Source: a virus. From it: a stretch of DNA of 64,000 nt. Positions 41,735 to 52,584 of the stretch are shown here, in pieces; position 1 is the first letter of the stretch; each line of letters begins with the position of its first letter. The notes below the pieces were generated by a model that worked only from the letters and a program-made list of their open reading frames with translations, did no database searches and was not told the origin of the DNA. The stretch lies in IMG/VR virus record IMGVR_UViG_3300032282_001105, positions 8,306-72,305 of that record. One strand, 5' to 3'. A program made the translations under genes and the position numbers.

Positions 41735-43255
41735 ATGGCAAGAGATTATAGCAAAAAAGAAACATACAAAGAGTTTAAGATTAGAGTCATCGATGATGTA
41801 TCTAAAACATATTGTGGGGCTAAATGGTATAATGCTACCATATGGTTGGGACATGGGCAAACTACAAGTTGCCATCACCCACCGGCACACAAAATTGATA
41901 TTAAAGAGATTGAAACAAATCCTTCTGCTATTCATAATACCCCTCATAAAAAATTAATGCGTAAGTTAATGCAAGAGGGGGAACGCCCTAATGAGTGTGA
42001 ATACTGCTGGAAAGTAGAAGATATGAACCGAGACGCAGTTTCGGATCGTGTATTTAAAACTCATATCTATTCTGATGAAGATATCTATGCTAGTGCCAAG
42101 ATGCCGTGGAATGCTGATGTTGAATTAAAAACTTTAGAAATCAGTTTTGACCGTACGTGTAATTTTGCTTGCTCATACTGTAACCCTGCATTCAGTACTA
42201 GTTGGGTACGTGATATTAAAAAACACGGTTCTTACAAAAATATCTTGTCTGATGGCCGTGGTCACTTTATTGATACAGCACCTTGGGCGGCTAGTGCAGG
42301 TGAATCAGATGATGACAATCCATACATTCAAGCATTCTGGAAGTGGTGGAATAGTTCATTACAAGATAACTTAGAAGAAATTCGTATTACAGGTGGTGAG
42401 CCATTAATGGCTCCTTCTGTTTGGAAGCTGTTTGAATGGTTTAAAGATAATCCAGAGAAGGCTAAAAAATTACGATTTGCAGTTAATAGTAATTTAGTTC
42501 CTAAGAAAGAAATTTTAGATAAACTAATTGAGATGAGTCATTTTGTACCACACTTAGAGATTTATACGAGTGGTGAAGCAAAAGGCCCACATAGCGAATA
42601 CATACGTGATGGTATGGAATATAAACAATGGTGGGAAAATCTACATAGATTACATACTGAGGGTAATATTCATTCTACACATATGATGATGACTATCAAT
42701 AGTTTGTGTCTTGCTAGTATTACTGAATTTATGGATGACGTATTAGAATTCAAACGTACACATAACACACGTAGTCCAACTATGAGTTTAAATATTTTAC
42801 GTTTCCCTAGTTTCCAAAGTTGTGCTATCTTACCAGATAGTATGAAACAGCATTATAAAGAAAAATTGCAAGCTTGGTATGATGAACAGTTAGCAAAAGA
42901 TGAACGTGTTAACATTGGTTGGATGGCTCCTATTCTTACAGAGGGTGAAAAGAATCAAATTGAACGTTTGATTGAATATCTTGATGTAGTTAAAACACCT
43001 CATCGTAATACAGCAGAACAACCTAAGTTATATAATGACTTCAGGGCATTCTATGAACAGTATGATGAACGTAGAGGTAAAAACTTTAGAGCTACATTCC
43101 CTCAAGATTATGTTGATTTCATTAATAGTTGTGAAATTATTGGCGGTGATAGTATTCGAGGCGAAGATCCTGCAACAACAGAAGCTGGTTATGTGAGTGA
43201 TGAAGTAGCACACGGTTGGGATGTTGATAACGACAGTTTGGGAAAAAATGTTTAA
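41735..43255 (+). CDS. Radical SAM protein 3 (close paralogue of protein 2)
   Basis: CNFACSYC, TGGEP; CGAKW..SCHH..CEYCW. Confidence 0.92.
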   Translation: MARDYSKKETYKEFKIRVIDDVSKTYCGAKWYNATIWLGHGQTTSCHHPPAHKIDIKEIETNPSAIHNTPHKKLMRKLMQEGERPNECEYCWKVEDMNRDAVSDRVFKTHIYSDEDIYASAKMPWNADVELKTLEISFDRTCNFACSYCNPAFSTSWVRDIKKHGSYKNILSDGRGHFIDTAPWAASAGESDDDNPYIQAFWKWWNSSLQDNLEEIRITGGEPLMAPSVWKLFEWFKDNPEKAKKLRFAVNSNLVPKKEILDKLIEMSHFVPHLEIYTSGEAKGPHSEYIRDGMEYKQWWENLHRLHTEGNIHSTHMMMTINSLCLASITEFMDDVLEFKRTHNTRSPTMSLNILRFPSFQSCAILPDSMKQHYKEKLQAWYDEQLAKDERVNIGWMAPILTEGEKNQIERLIEYLDVVKTPHRNTAEQPKLYNDFRAFYEQYDERRGKNFRATFPQDYVDFINSCEIIGGDSIRGEDPATTEAGYVSDEVAHGWDVDNDSLGKNV

Positions 43256-44469
43256 TGGATAGTACTACATATTGTCCTATGCCATGGATGCATTTGCACG
43301 TTTCTGTAACAGGAGGTGTGCAACCTTGCTGTATTGGGAAACAAATAGGAGATATACAAAAAAATAGTTTAGAAGATATTTGGAATAATGATGAGATGAA
43401 AGATATTCGTCTAAAGATGTTAAACAATGAAAAACCTAAACAATGTTCTGAATGCTATAATCGTGAAGATTTAGGCTCTGCGTCACTTAGAATAACCTCA
43501 ATACATAACTACGCAAATTTAGTTGACCCTATCAATGACACACAAGCTGATGGATCATTAACAGAAATGAAATTACGTTATGTTGATTTTAGATTCAATA
43601 ATCTTTGTAATTTTAAATGTAGAATTTGTAACCCAGTGTACAGTTCAAACATAGGCTCAGAAATAGTAAACTTTCACAAAATAGATTTAATAAACGTTGT
43701 CAATAAGAATGGTCCAATCCTATATGAGGAAATGAAAAAGCAATATGATAATGTTAAAAAGATATATTTTGCAGGTGGCGAACCTATTATGCAACGGGAA
43801 CATTTTCAAGTACTAAAAGATTTAATTGAAAGCGATAGAGCAAAAGACATTGAATTGATTTATAGCACTAATGGGAGTAGATTTAAAAATGGTTTGGGCA
43901 ATATGTTTGAATATTGGTCTCATTTTAAAAAAGTAGAAATAGTATTCTCATTAGATGGATATGGTTCTGCCGCAGAATATTGGCGTTCGGGCACAAATTG
44001 GGAAGAAGTAGAAGAAAATATAAAACATACAAAAAACTATCCTAATATTGTAGTAAAAGTCAATAGCGTAATAGGTTGGCCTAATATTTTTAATTGGATT
44101 AATTTTATAAAATATGCGTTAGAGACAGAGTTAATTGACGATCTTTTAAGTGCAATTGAAGTTATCCCTATTAATGATCCATATTGTTATGCACTAAGCG
44201 GTGTTCCTGAATTTAAGAAAAAAGAAATTATCAATGAATTAGAAAAATTTAAATATTACGTATGGGCATTTGCTTCACGTGTAAAATATACAAAACCCGC
44301 AGATTTATTAATGTGCATAGATGTTTTAATTAAAAGTGTAAACATTTCTGATACGCCATTTATAAAAAAACATTTCATAGTAAAAAATACAAAACTAGAT
44401 ACTTGGAGGGGTGAAGATTTCTTTACCGCATTTCCAGAACACGAAGATATGAGACCTTATATAACATGA
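43255..44469 (+). CDS. Radical SAM protein 4
   Basis: CNFKCRIC, AGGEP; CPMPW..PCC..CSEC. Confidence 0.92.
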   Translation: MDSTTYCPMPWMHLHVSVTGGVQPCCIGKQIGDIQKNSLEDIWNNDEMKDIRLKMLNNEKPKQCSECYNREDLGSASLRITSIHNYANLVDPINDTQADGSLTEMKLRYVDFRFNNLCNFKCRICNPVYSSNIGSEIVNFHKIDLINVVNKNGPILYEEMKKQYDNVKKIYFAGGEPIMQREHFQVLKDLIESDRAKDIELIYSTNGSRFKNGLGNMFEYWSHFKKVEIVFSLDGYGSAAEYWRSGTNWEEVEENIKHTKNYPNIVVKVNSVIGWPNIFNWINFIKYALETELIDDLLSAIEVIPINDPYCYALSGVPEFKKKEIINELEKFKYYVWAFASRVKYTKPADLLMCIDVLIKSVNISDTPFIKKHFIVKNTKLDTWRGEDFFTAFPEHEDMRPYIT

Positions 44470-45848
44470 ATAAAATAGTACCTATATGGGAACACGGACG
44501 AATTAGTCCAGATAGTCCTAATAAAGTTTTCTGTATGGCTCCTTGGACACATACTTACATATCACCTCAATCTGAACGTAGAATGTGTTGTGCTTCACGT
44601 GAGGAACATAGCTTTCAAAAGCAATATATTGATAGTAGCAATGATTCAAAGTATGGAGCTGTTACTGAGAGTAAAACAGCATTAGATGATTATAATCCAG
44701 TTTCATTAAAAGAACATTGGAATAGTGATTATATGAAAAATATACGCCGCAAATTAATGGCTGGTGAAGAAATACCACAATGTGATGTATGTAACAAAGA
44801 CTTGTTAAGTCAAAGTTCATATCGTCAGTGGTTTACTGGTAATTTGTTTATGGATAAGATACAAGAGGCATTCGATAAAACAGATGATACTGGACATACA
44901 ACTATGGAAGCAATCAGTTTTGATTATCGTTTCAGTAATCTATGTAATTTTAAATGTCGTATGTGCGGTGAACAATTAAGTTCTACTTGGGAAACTGAGA
45001 AAAAGATTAACAATCTTTGGAGCCCAAAGAATCAATCATTTATGATTCCAGAAATTAAATCTGCTATGCAAACATTCCAAGATGAAGTCGTAGAGCCTGA
45101 ATTCCGTGATGCGATTAGTCGTGGTATAGTAGAAGAATGCTATTGGGTAGGCGGTGAACCGTTAATGTACGATGTTCATTGGTGGGCATTAGAAGAAATG
45201 CTAAAGAACGGGTCAGCAAAAGATTGTTATATGCGTTATAATAGCAATTTAAGTCGTGTACAGTTCGGTCAAAAAAATCTATACGACTATCTACCTCACT
45301 TTAAAGATTGGTTAATGTGTGCAAGTATTGATGGCACGGGTAAGATAGGTGAATATATTCGTACAGGTTTAAAATGGGATCAATGGTTAGAAAATTTTAA
45401 ACAGGGACTTGAGTTACCGGGCGGTCATGATAAAATGATGATTGACTTGACCATCACAGGTCCGGGTATGTTCAGTCTTAAAGATTTGTTTGACTTAAGT
45501 CAGGAACTTGATGTACGTATTGAAACTAAGATTATGTTTGCCTTTCACGCAGATATAATGTTTACTGCAATGGCTTGGCCAAGACATATATTAAATAATA
45601 TAATTGATGATTTGCTAGCGTATATGGAGCCAAAAGCAACACGTAAACAAGAAACATTAATTAACACACTAAAGTCTATGAAAACTAGACAAAATCACGA
45701 AGAAGCGTTTCCAGAAACATATAAAACGGCTGCATTGAATGGTAAAAATTGGCTAAAAAGATTGGAGATCATTCGCAAAGATACATATACTATTGAAGAT
45801 ATATATTCTGAAAATAAAGAACTAATAACATGGTGGAACAACATATGA
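44466..45848 (+). CDS. Radical SAM protein 5
   Basis: CNFKCRMC, VGGEP; CMAPW..MCC..CDVC. Confidence 0.92.
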   Translation: MNKIVPIWEHGRISPDSPNKVFCMAPWTHTYISPQSERRMCCASREEHSFQKQYIDSSNDSKYGAVTESKTALDDYNPVSLKEHWNSDYMKNIRRKLMAGEEIPQCDVCNKDLLSQSSYRQWFTGNLFMDKIQEAFDKTDDTGHTTMEAISFDYRFSNLCNFKCRMCGEQLSSTWETEKKINNLWSPKNQSFMIPEIKSAMQTFQDEVVEPEFRDAISRGIVEECYWVGGEPLMYDVHWWALEEMLKNGSAKDCYMRYNSNLSRVQFGQKNLYDYLPHFKDWLMCASIDGTGKIGEYIRTGLKWDQWLENFKQGLELPGGHDKMMIDLTITGPGMFSLKDLFDLSQELDVRIETKIMFAFHADIMFTAMAWPRHILNNIIDDLLAYMEPKATRKQETLINTLKSMKTRQNHEEAFPETYKTAALNGKNWLKRLEIIRKDTYTIEDIYSENKELITWWNNI

Positions 45849-47107
45849 ACGAAACTAAAAAGGTATTTCCTATTAATACCGCAACTGCTTGTCAATACAA
45901 ATGGACTTGGAGTACAATCTATCTATCGCAGGGACAAACTAATAGTTGTCACCGAGTTGGTGGCGGGCATTTAGACGCTTGGAACTTTAAGAACTTTCAT
46001 AACTTGCCCGAAAAAATACGTGATAGAAAATTGATGTTAGAGGGTAAATGGCCTGATAATGAATGTAACTATTGTAAACGTATTGAAGACGCGGGTGGAC
46101 TAAGTGAACGTAACGGATACATTAATACGTTGGATATGGTTCCACCTGAATTGGATACTGATCCGACAGCAGTTGAAGTTACTCCTCGTATTTTAGAGAT
46201 TTACTTTAGTAACTTGTGTAATCAGTCTTGTGTCTACTGTTCACCTATGTTCAGTTCTGTAATTGAGAATGAGTTACGTAAACACGGCCCGTTAAGCAAA
46301 CGTTATTTCTTAGATGGTACTTGGGAACAAAATCCTTTATATGAACAGTGGAAGCGTGAGTTCTGGGAATGGATGCACGAAAACTCAACACACTTATATG
46401 ATTTCCAAGTACTTGGTGGTGAGCCAATGTTCCAACCAGAGTTTCAAGAGTGTTTAGACTTTTTTGAAGAAACAGAAAATCCTAACTTGAATTGGAAAAT
46501 GTTTAGTAATTTAAAACACGACCATGAACAGTTTAAAGTAAAAATCAACAAGATGGCTTCATTAATTCAACGTAAGAAAATGAAACGTATTGAAATTGTT
46601 GCTAGTATTGATTGCTGGGGAGATGAACAAGAATACGCTAGAAATGGTATGAGTTTAGCTAATTGGGAAAAGAACTTTAACTACTTGTTAGAAGTACCTG
46701 AAATTAGTATATTCATTCAATCTACTATCTCTCCTATTACTGCACCTACTGCATATCAATTAGTAGATAAAGTAATTGAGTGGAATAAGAAAAAACAAAT
46801 TCATCAAGGTTGGAATGTTGTCGCTAACCCTCCATTCTTAGATCCAAGTGTGTTTGGTCATTACTTGACAGACTATATGGACAAGTTAGCAGAATCAGCA
46901 CAGTCATTGAAACGTCCGCATTTCCCTGACATTAGTTATTTGGATGGATTCGTAACTCAAATTAAGAGTGCACCGGTTAACCTTGAAATGATGCGTGAGT
47001 TAAGAGATTACTTAGATGGTCTTGATGCACGTAGAAATCAAAATTGGCGTAGTATCTATCCTTGGATGGATGAGATTATGACTAAAGAATTGGGACCTAA
47101 AGAATGA
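45845..47107 (+). CDS. Radical SAM protein 6
   Basis: CNQSCVYC, LGGEP; CQYKW..SCHR..CNYC. Start placed at the ATGA overlap (45845). Confidence 0.92.
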   Translation: MNETKKVFPINTATACQYKWTWSTIYLSQGQTNSCHRVGGGHLDAWNFKNFHNLPEKIRDRKLMLEGKWPDNECNYCKRIEDAGGLSERNGYINTLDMVPPELDTDPTAVEVTPRILEIYFSNLCNQSCVYCSPMFSSVIENELRKHGPLSKRYFLDGTWEQNPLYEQWKREFWEWMHENSTHLYDFQVLGGEPMFQPEFQECLDFFEETENPNLNWKMFSNLKHDHEQFKVKINKMASLIQRKKMKRIEIVASIDCWGDEQEYARNGMSLANWEKNFNYLLEVPEISIFIQSTISPITAPTAYQLVDKVIEWNKKKQIHQGWNVVANPPFLDPSVFGHYLTDYMDKLAESAQSLKRPHFPDISYLDGFVTQIKSAPVNLEMMRELRDYLDGLDARRNQNWRSIYPWMDEIMTKELGPKE

Positions 47108-48294
47108 GTACATACTGCTCACTTCCTTGGATACACTTAGCAACGCACCCTCACGGGGGTGCGACTCTTTGCTGTGTAAGTGACCATAGAAATGCGGCAA
47201 GTAGTGCAAGAAATTTTGAACCATTACGTTACTTAGATGTAAATTCATCTACGATTGACAACATAATGAATAGTGATTACTTTAAGCAAACCAGATTGGA
47301 AATGCTGAATAATCAAGTTCCGCACGCCTGCCAACGTTGTTTTACTGAAGAATCAAATGGTGTACGCAGTAAGCGAGTAGAAGAAAATGAAAGACTAGGT
47401 TTTACTGAAGATATGGCACGTGCTATTACACGAAGTGATGGTACTATTCCTGTTAATTTTAAATTTGTTGAGTTACGTTTGGGTAACCTGTGTAATCTTA
47501 AATGTAGAACCTGTAACCCAATGAGTAGTACTAATTGGATTCAGCCATATCAAAAACTACAAGAAGAATTAAAGTTTGTTACTCACTATGATAGAAAGAT
47601 TAACAGTTCTTGGACAGAGAGTGATGAATTCTGGGATGACTTATTTCAACATAGCGAAGATTTACAGTTAATATATGTTAACGGTGGTGAACCTACATTG
47701 GTTGAAAAGCATTGGAAATATTTAGAAGAACTTATTAAACGTGGGTTAAACAAGCAAATTACCTTATGGTATAATATCAATATGACTAACTTGCCTGACG
47801 ATCTTATTGAATTGTGGAAACAATTTAAAAAAGTTCAGGTTACTTGTAGTATAGATGATTTGGGTGAACGCAATGATTATATTCGTGCAGGATCTGAATG
47901 GGATACTATAATTAATAACTTAGATAAGATACAGTCTTATCCTTGGATTGAAGCTAGCGTATGTCAAACAGTAAGTTGGATGAATGTTTATTATATCAAT
48001 GATTTTATAAAATATATGCGTTCACGCAACCTGCACGTACATTTAAATTATGTATACGATCCGGAGTTTTTATCACTTAAAGCATTGCCTGTACATTTGA
48101 AACAAATTGTATTAGATAGATGTACTGATTTAAACGAGTGGGAATTGAACAGCTTGCGTAGTCAATTTATTGACCAACCTGATATGACAGTATTTCGTCA
48201 AGGTGTTGAATATAACAATTGGTTAGACAATAACAATCGCACTTCATTTGCTAAAGTGTTTCCAGAATGGTATGAAATACTTAAAGGCGTTTAA
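47104..48294 (+). CDS. Radical SAM protein 7
   Basis: CNLKCRTC, NGGEP; CSLPW..LCC..CQRC. Confidence 0.92.
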   Translation: MSTYCSLPWIHLATHPHGGATLCCVSDHRNAASSARNFEPLRYLDVNSSTIDNIMNSDYFKQTRLEMLNNQVPHACQRCFTEESNGVRSKRVEENERLGFTEDMARAITRSDGTIPVNFKFVELRLGNLCNLKCRTCNPMSSTNWIQPYQKLQEELKFVTHYDRKINSSWTESDEFWDDLFQHSEDLQLIYVNGGEPTLVEKHWKYLEELIKRGLNKQITLWYNINMTNLPDDLIELWKQFKKVQVTCSIDDLGERNDYIRAGSEWDTIINNLDKIQSYPWIEASVCQTVSWMNVYYINDFIKYMRSRNLHVHLNYVYDPEFLSLKALPVHLKQIVLDRCTDLNEWELNSLRSQFIDQPDMTVFRQGVEYNNWLDNNNRTSFAKVFPEWYEILKGV

Positions 48295-49458
48295 ATGGAT
48301 TTAACTAGATTTAAAGAGTGCCCTGCAATAAAAAATTCAGTATATGTAGATAATCAAAGCAAGGTAGCACCTTGCTGTTATTTTAAATCTAAACTACCAA
48401 TTGAAGTGTTAAGTGATTGGAACAACTACCAAACTGAGCTTGCAAAAATTGATATAGAGACAGGTTGTGAGCATTGCATTAAATTAGAAAATTCCGGAGT
48501 AGAAGAATCACATCGCAATCGTTTTGTGCATAGATATAAAAGTGTTCTTAAGAAAGATGAGCTAGAAATATCTATCAGTGTAGATAATGTATGCAATCTT
48601 AAATGCACTACTTGCAATCCTATTAATAGTTCTTTATGGCTGGGTGACGCTATAAAATTAAACAGTTTAAACCCTAATTATAATTTAGATCAATTTTTAT
48701 CAGGGTTTAAAGATGGGAACTTTAAGTTAGATATTTGTAAAAAGATAATTGAGTCATACGAAAAAGATATTACGGTTATTCTATATGGTGGAGAACCCAC
48801 AATCAATAACGCCGTCATTGACTTTTTAGAGTGGTTGACAGAATTACCTAATGCACATTTAATATCAATAACGTTTATAACAAATGGCACTACTGTTCCT
48901 AAAAATATTGAAAATTATATTAATAAATTTAAAATGATTGATATAAATTTAAGTCTTGATTCAATAAACGAAAGAAGCGATTTTTTGCGTTTCCGTAGTC
49001 AATGGAAAGAACTTGAACAGAACGCAATAGTTTATGATTTATTAGCTTTAAAGTATAAAAATTTTGAATATAGGATACATCTTACTTTATCATTGTTAAA
49101 CGTTTATTATTTTTATGAATTTTGTAATTGGGTAAATAATACTTTAAACAACGTTGAAGTTATATTTACAAAGTTAATTGGACCTAGACACCTGTCTTTA
49201 GATTTATTGAATCCAAAACAAAAACAAATAGTGATAAATCATAATTTAAACTTACTTAATAAAATTGAATCTAAGGGTTTACAAAATATCAACCAGACAA
49301 TTAAAAATTATGAACAAATGGTAGAAACTTACATAGCTGATGTATATAAAGATGGATTAACACCAACTTTAGATTTTTTAACTAACTTAGATGATATCCG
49401 ATCTACTGCTTATAAAGTAACATTTCCTGAGATAGTAGAAATTTTAAATAATGAATAA
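48295..49458 (+). CDS. Radical SAM protein 8 (divergent, very AT-rich)
   Basis: CNLKCTTC, YGGEP; CPAI..PCC..CEHC. Confidence 0.9.
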   Translation: MDLTRFKECPAIKNSVYVDNQSKVAPCCYFKSKLPIEVLSDWNNYQTELAKIDIETGCEHCIKLENSGVEESHRNRFVHRYKSVLKKDELEISISVDNVCNLKCTTCNPINSSLWLGDAIKLNSLNPNYNLDQFLSGFKDGNFKLDICKKIIESYEKDITVILYGGEPTINNAVIDFLEWLTELPNAHLISITFITNGTTVPKNIENYINKFKMIDINLSLDSINERSDFLRFRSQWKELEQNAIVYDLLALKYKNFEYRIHLTLSLLNVYYFYEFCNWVNNTLNNVEVIFTKLIGPRHLSLDLLNPKQKQIVINHNLNLLNKIESKGLQNINQTIKNYEQMVETYIADVYKDGLTPTLDFLTNLDDIRSTAYKVTFPEIVEILNNE

Positions 49459-50689
49459 GAAACTGTTACAAGACCTTAGAAATCAAACAAGTCAAACATT
49501 ATGTTTGGCTAAATTCCACGAATCTACTATATGGTTATACGAAAGTAAGATTGCAAGTTGCCATCATACACCTTTTCTGTTAACAGGCAATGATACATTA
49601 ACATTTTATAATCCTGAAGGTAGACGACAGCAACAGTATTCTATGCTTAAGGGTAATAAACCAGATGAATGCAACTATTGCTGGAAACTTGAAGCACAAG
49701 ATGTTGTTAGTGATAGAGAAAAGAAATCCCTAGCATTTAACTCATCATTAACAGCAGAACAATATTTAGATAAGACATATCCATTTAAACCCAAAGCACT
49801 TGAGCTTGCATTCCAGAACACGTGTAATTTAGCTTGTAGTTACTGTAGCCCTAGTTTTAGTACTGAATGGGAGAATGATATACGCTTGAAGGGCAACTAT
49901 GAGAATATCACTACTGATAAAAAGATGCATTACCAGCGCGGTATTGATAATCGCACTCCGGTAGATATGACATTGTTTTGGGAGTGGTTCAATGATATTG
50001 CTCCTGAGTTAGAAAGTATACGTATCACAGGTGGCGAGCCACTATTACACGAAGATACATTTGCTACATTTGCTAAAATGATTGAGGTTAATCCTAATGT
50101 AGAATGTGTTGTGCATACAAATATGTGTCAGAAGCCATTGGTGGTACAACGTTTTATTGATGGTATCTCTAAGTTAAACAACGTAAGACTCAACATAAGT
50201 AATGAAAGTGCAGGAGAGGTCGCAGAGTTTATACGTGATGGTATGGTATATAGTGATTGGCTTAGAAACGTAACTGAAGTAGCTAAAACAAAAGCTACTA
50301 TGAGTATAAGCACTACAATAACACCTATATCATTACTAGCACTAGACCAATTATATTTGGATATTATTGATATACGCAAACAAACAGGTAAGAAAGTAGA
50401 TATCTCAATTAACTTTGCTACATACCCTGAGTTTCAAAGCTTGGCTGCTTTGTCAAGTGAAGAACGTGCTTTCTATTTAAACAAGTATACTAAGTTTTTT
50501 GAATCTATTGATTCATTGTTATTAGATAGTGAACGACATTCTGTTCCTAGATTTTTAACAATGTTAGATCCTAAATTAACACATACAGACAACTTAGCAT
50601 ATAGAAAAGACTCTGACAGTTTTTTTAAACAATATGTAATTAGAAGAAACAAGTCAATCAATTTTGCAGAACAGATTGGAACAAGATGA
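49451..50689 (+). CDS. Radical SAM protein 9
   Basis: CNLACSYC, TGGEP; CLAKF..SCHH..CNYCW. Confidence 0.92.
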   Translation: MNKKLLQDLRNQTSQTLCLAKFHESTIWLYESKIASCHHTPFLLTGNDTLTFYNPEGRRQQQYSMLKGNKPDECNYCWKLEAQDVVSDREKKSLAFNSSLTAEQYLDKTYPFKPKALELAFQNTCNLACSYCSPSFSTEWENDIRLKGNYENITTDKKMHYQRGIDNRTPVDMTLFWEWFNDIAPELESIRITGGEPLLHEDTFATFAKMIEVNPNVECVVHTNMCQKPLVVQRFIDGISKLNNVRLNISNESAGEVAEFIRDGMVYSDWLRNVTEVAKTKATMSISTTITPISLLALDQLYLDIIDIRKQTGKKVDISINFATYPEFQSLAALSSEERAFYLNKYTKFFESIDSLLLDSERHSVPRFLTMLDPKLTHTDNLAYRKDSDSFFKQYVIRRNKSINFAEQIGTR

Positions 50690-51861
50690 AAGACGCACCA
50701 AAGAATTTATGTAGTCTATTATGGACAGGGTTTAGCAATGAACCTGATGGTCGTGTTCAACCTTGTTGTCTATATAAAGGATACATTGAAGAAGATGGAA
50801 AGCCAATGTATGTACAAACACATTCAGTAGATGAAATATTTCATAGTAAATATATGAAAAACTTGCGTACACAGTTTAGAAATAATGAGCGTCCTGCAGG
50901 ATGTAGCACGTGTTGGACTGACGAAGATAACAACTATGACAGTAAACGTGTAATATATAACACCAAGATACATCATAATTTTGGTATTAATTGGACAATT
51001 GAGCCAGTTGAAATAACAGAGTTTCAACTTATCATTAGCAATAGTTGTAATTTAAAGTGTCGCAGTTGCACACCAAGCCATAGTAGTCAATGGCAACAAG
51101 AAATGAAAATGTTAACTGGGTCTACTGGTTACGAAATGCCACACGGACAGTCAGCAGAAGAAGCCGGTAAATTATGGTTAGATAGACATCGTTGGTACAA
51201 GAATCTAAAACGTTTAGAAGTTGTAGGTGGAGAACCATTCTATGTTAAACAATGGCATACTATGTTCAATGAGTTAATTGATTTGGGTTATAGTAAAAAC
51301 ATTGATATTACATTAACAACTAATTGTACACTATTCTTTCCTGAGTTGATAACTAGAATAGCTGAAAATTTTAAATCAGTTTCGATTGGTTTGAGTATAG
51401 ATGGCATAGGATCAACGTATGAATATATGAGACATTTGGGTAAATGGCCAATCGTGTATGATAATATGAAAAAATATCACGAATTGACTGATAGAATTAA
51501 TATTCAGTTAAACCTGACTATTAGTTGGCTGAATGTATTAGAAGTACCGGAGTTACACGAATTGATTAGTAATGAATTCCCTAAATTTAAAATATGGAAC
51601 AATCTTGTACATTATCCTCAGCATCTTTGTGTATGGGCAATACCTGAAGAATTAAAGAAAGCAGTATCGGATAAGTGGGATAAATATCAATGGAAAAACG
51701 AGTATAAAGATACTATGCAAGGTGTATTAAATTATATGAATAGCAAATCAACTACAAATGAAGAATTCAAAAAGAATTTAAAAATAATTTATAAGACCGA
51801 TGAATTTAGAAAAGAAAACATCACACAATCTATACCAGCACTACAGGAATTTTTAAAGTGA
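50686..51861 (+). CDS. Radical SAM protein 10
   Basis: CNLKCRSC, VGGEP; CSLLW..PCC..CSTCW. Confidence 0.92.
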   Translation: MKDAPKNLCSLLWTGFSNEPDGRVQPCCLYKGYIEEDGKPMYVQTHSVDEIFHSKYMKNLRTQFRNNERPAGCSTCWTDEDNNYDSKRVIYNTKIHHNFGINWTIEPVEITEFQLIISNSCNLKCRSCTPSHSSQWQQEMKMLTGSTGYEMPHGQSAEEAGKLWLDRHRWYKNLKRLEVVGGEPFYVKQWHTMFNELIDLGYSKNIDITLTTNCTLFFPELITRIAENFKSVSIGLSIDGIGSTYEYMRHLGKWPIVYDNMKKYHELTDRINIQLNLTISWLNVLEVPELHELISNEFPKFKIWNNLVHYPQHLCVWAIPEELKKAVSDKWDKYQWKNEYKDTMQGVLNYMNSKSTTNEEFKKNLKIIYKTDEFRKENITQSIPALQEFLK

Positions 51862-52580
51862 AGAATATTTTAGTTTTAGGAGATAGTTTTTCATATGGTC
51901 AGGGTTGTTCAGACAGACCCACAACACGTGACGCAATAAGGGAAATAACACCTAGTGAATATTGCTGGCCATCTTTATTACGTAATGAATTGGATCCAAA
52001 AGAATACAGAGTAATTAATTTGAGTAAAACCGGAAACTCATTACCGGGTATATTTTTAGATTTAATTCACTATGATGCCCATCATTCAAGTACAGACCCT
52101 GTAAACTTAATTATATTTTCAGTCACTTCATTTGATAGACTATTAGTGGCAGACTCTGTAAAGCCGGATCTTACTACTAATTGGGTATTGAGTCAGGAAT
52201 TTGAACTGAATGTTATATCAAAAGAATATGAAAACGCTAAACTTAGTTTTTTAAAATATTTATGGAATGATTCGTTATTATCTTTAAATGCAATAGTATA
52301 CATTCACGCATTTTTTAGTTATGCAAAACTAAAAAATATTAAATGTTTATGGAGTACACCTGATAAACCAAATTTATATGGACAGGATAATTGGGTAGAC
52401 TTTGTAAATGATTACTTTTTCGAACACCTATATAATTATGATTTTTCAGGAGAATACAATGATGCGTTTAATAAAACGTGTATTGTAGAAGATGGTCACC
52501 CTAATAATTTAGGACATCAATTGTACTATGAAAAAATAGTAAGACCTAAGATAATAAATTATATAAAGGAAAATCTATGA
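51858..52580 (+). CDS. SGNH/GDSL hydrolase-like protein
   Basis: ILVLGDSFSYG (block I), NLSKTGNS, DGHPN (block V). GTG start overlapping the upstream stop. Confidence 0.75.
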   Translation: MKNILVLGDSFSYGQGCSDRPTTRDAIREITPSEYCWPSLLRNELDPKEYRVINLSKTGNSLPGIFLDLIHYDAHHSSTDPVNLIIFSVTSFDRLLVADSVKPDLTTNWVLSQEFELNVISKEYENAKLSFLKYLWNDSLLSLNAIVYIHAFFSYAKLKNIKCLWSTPDKPNLYGQDNWVDFVNDYFFEHLYNYDFSGEYNDAFNKTCIVEDGHPNNLGHQLYYEKIVRPKIINYIKENL

Positions 52581-52584
52581 TTAA

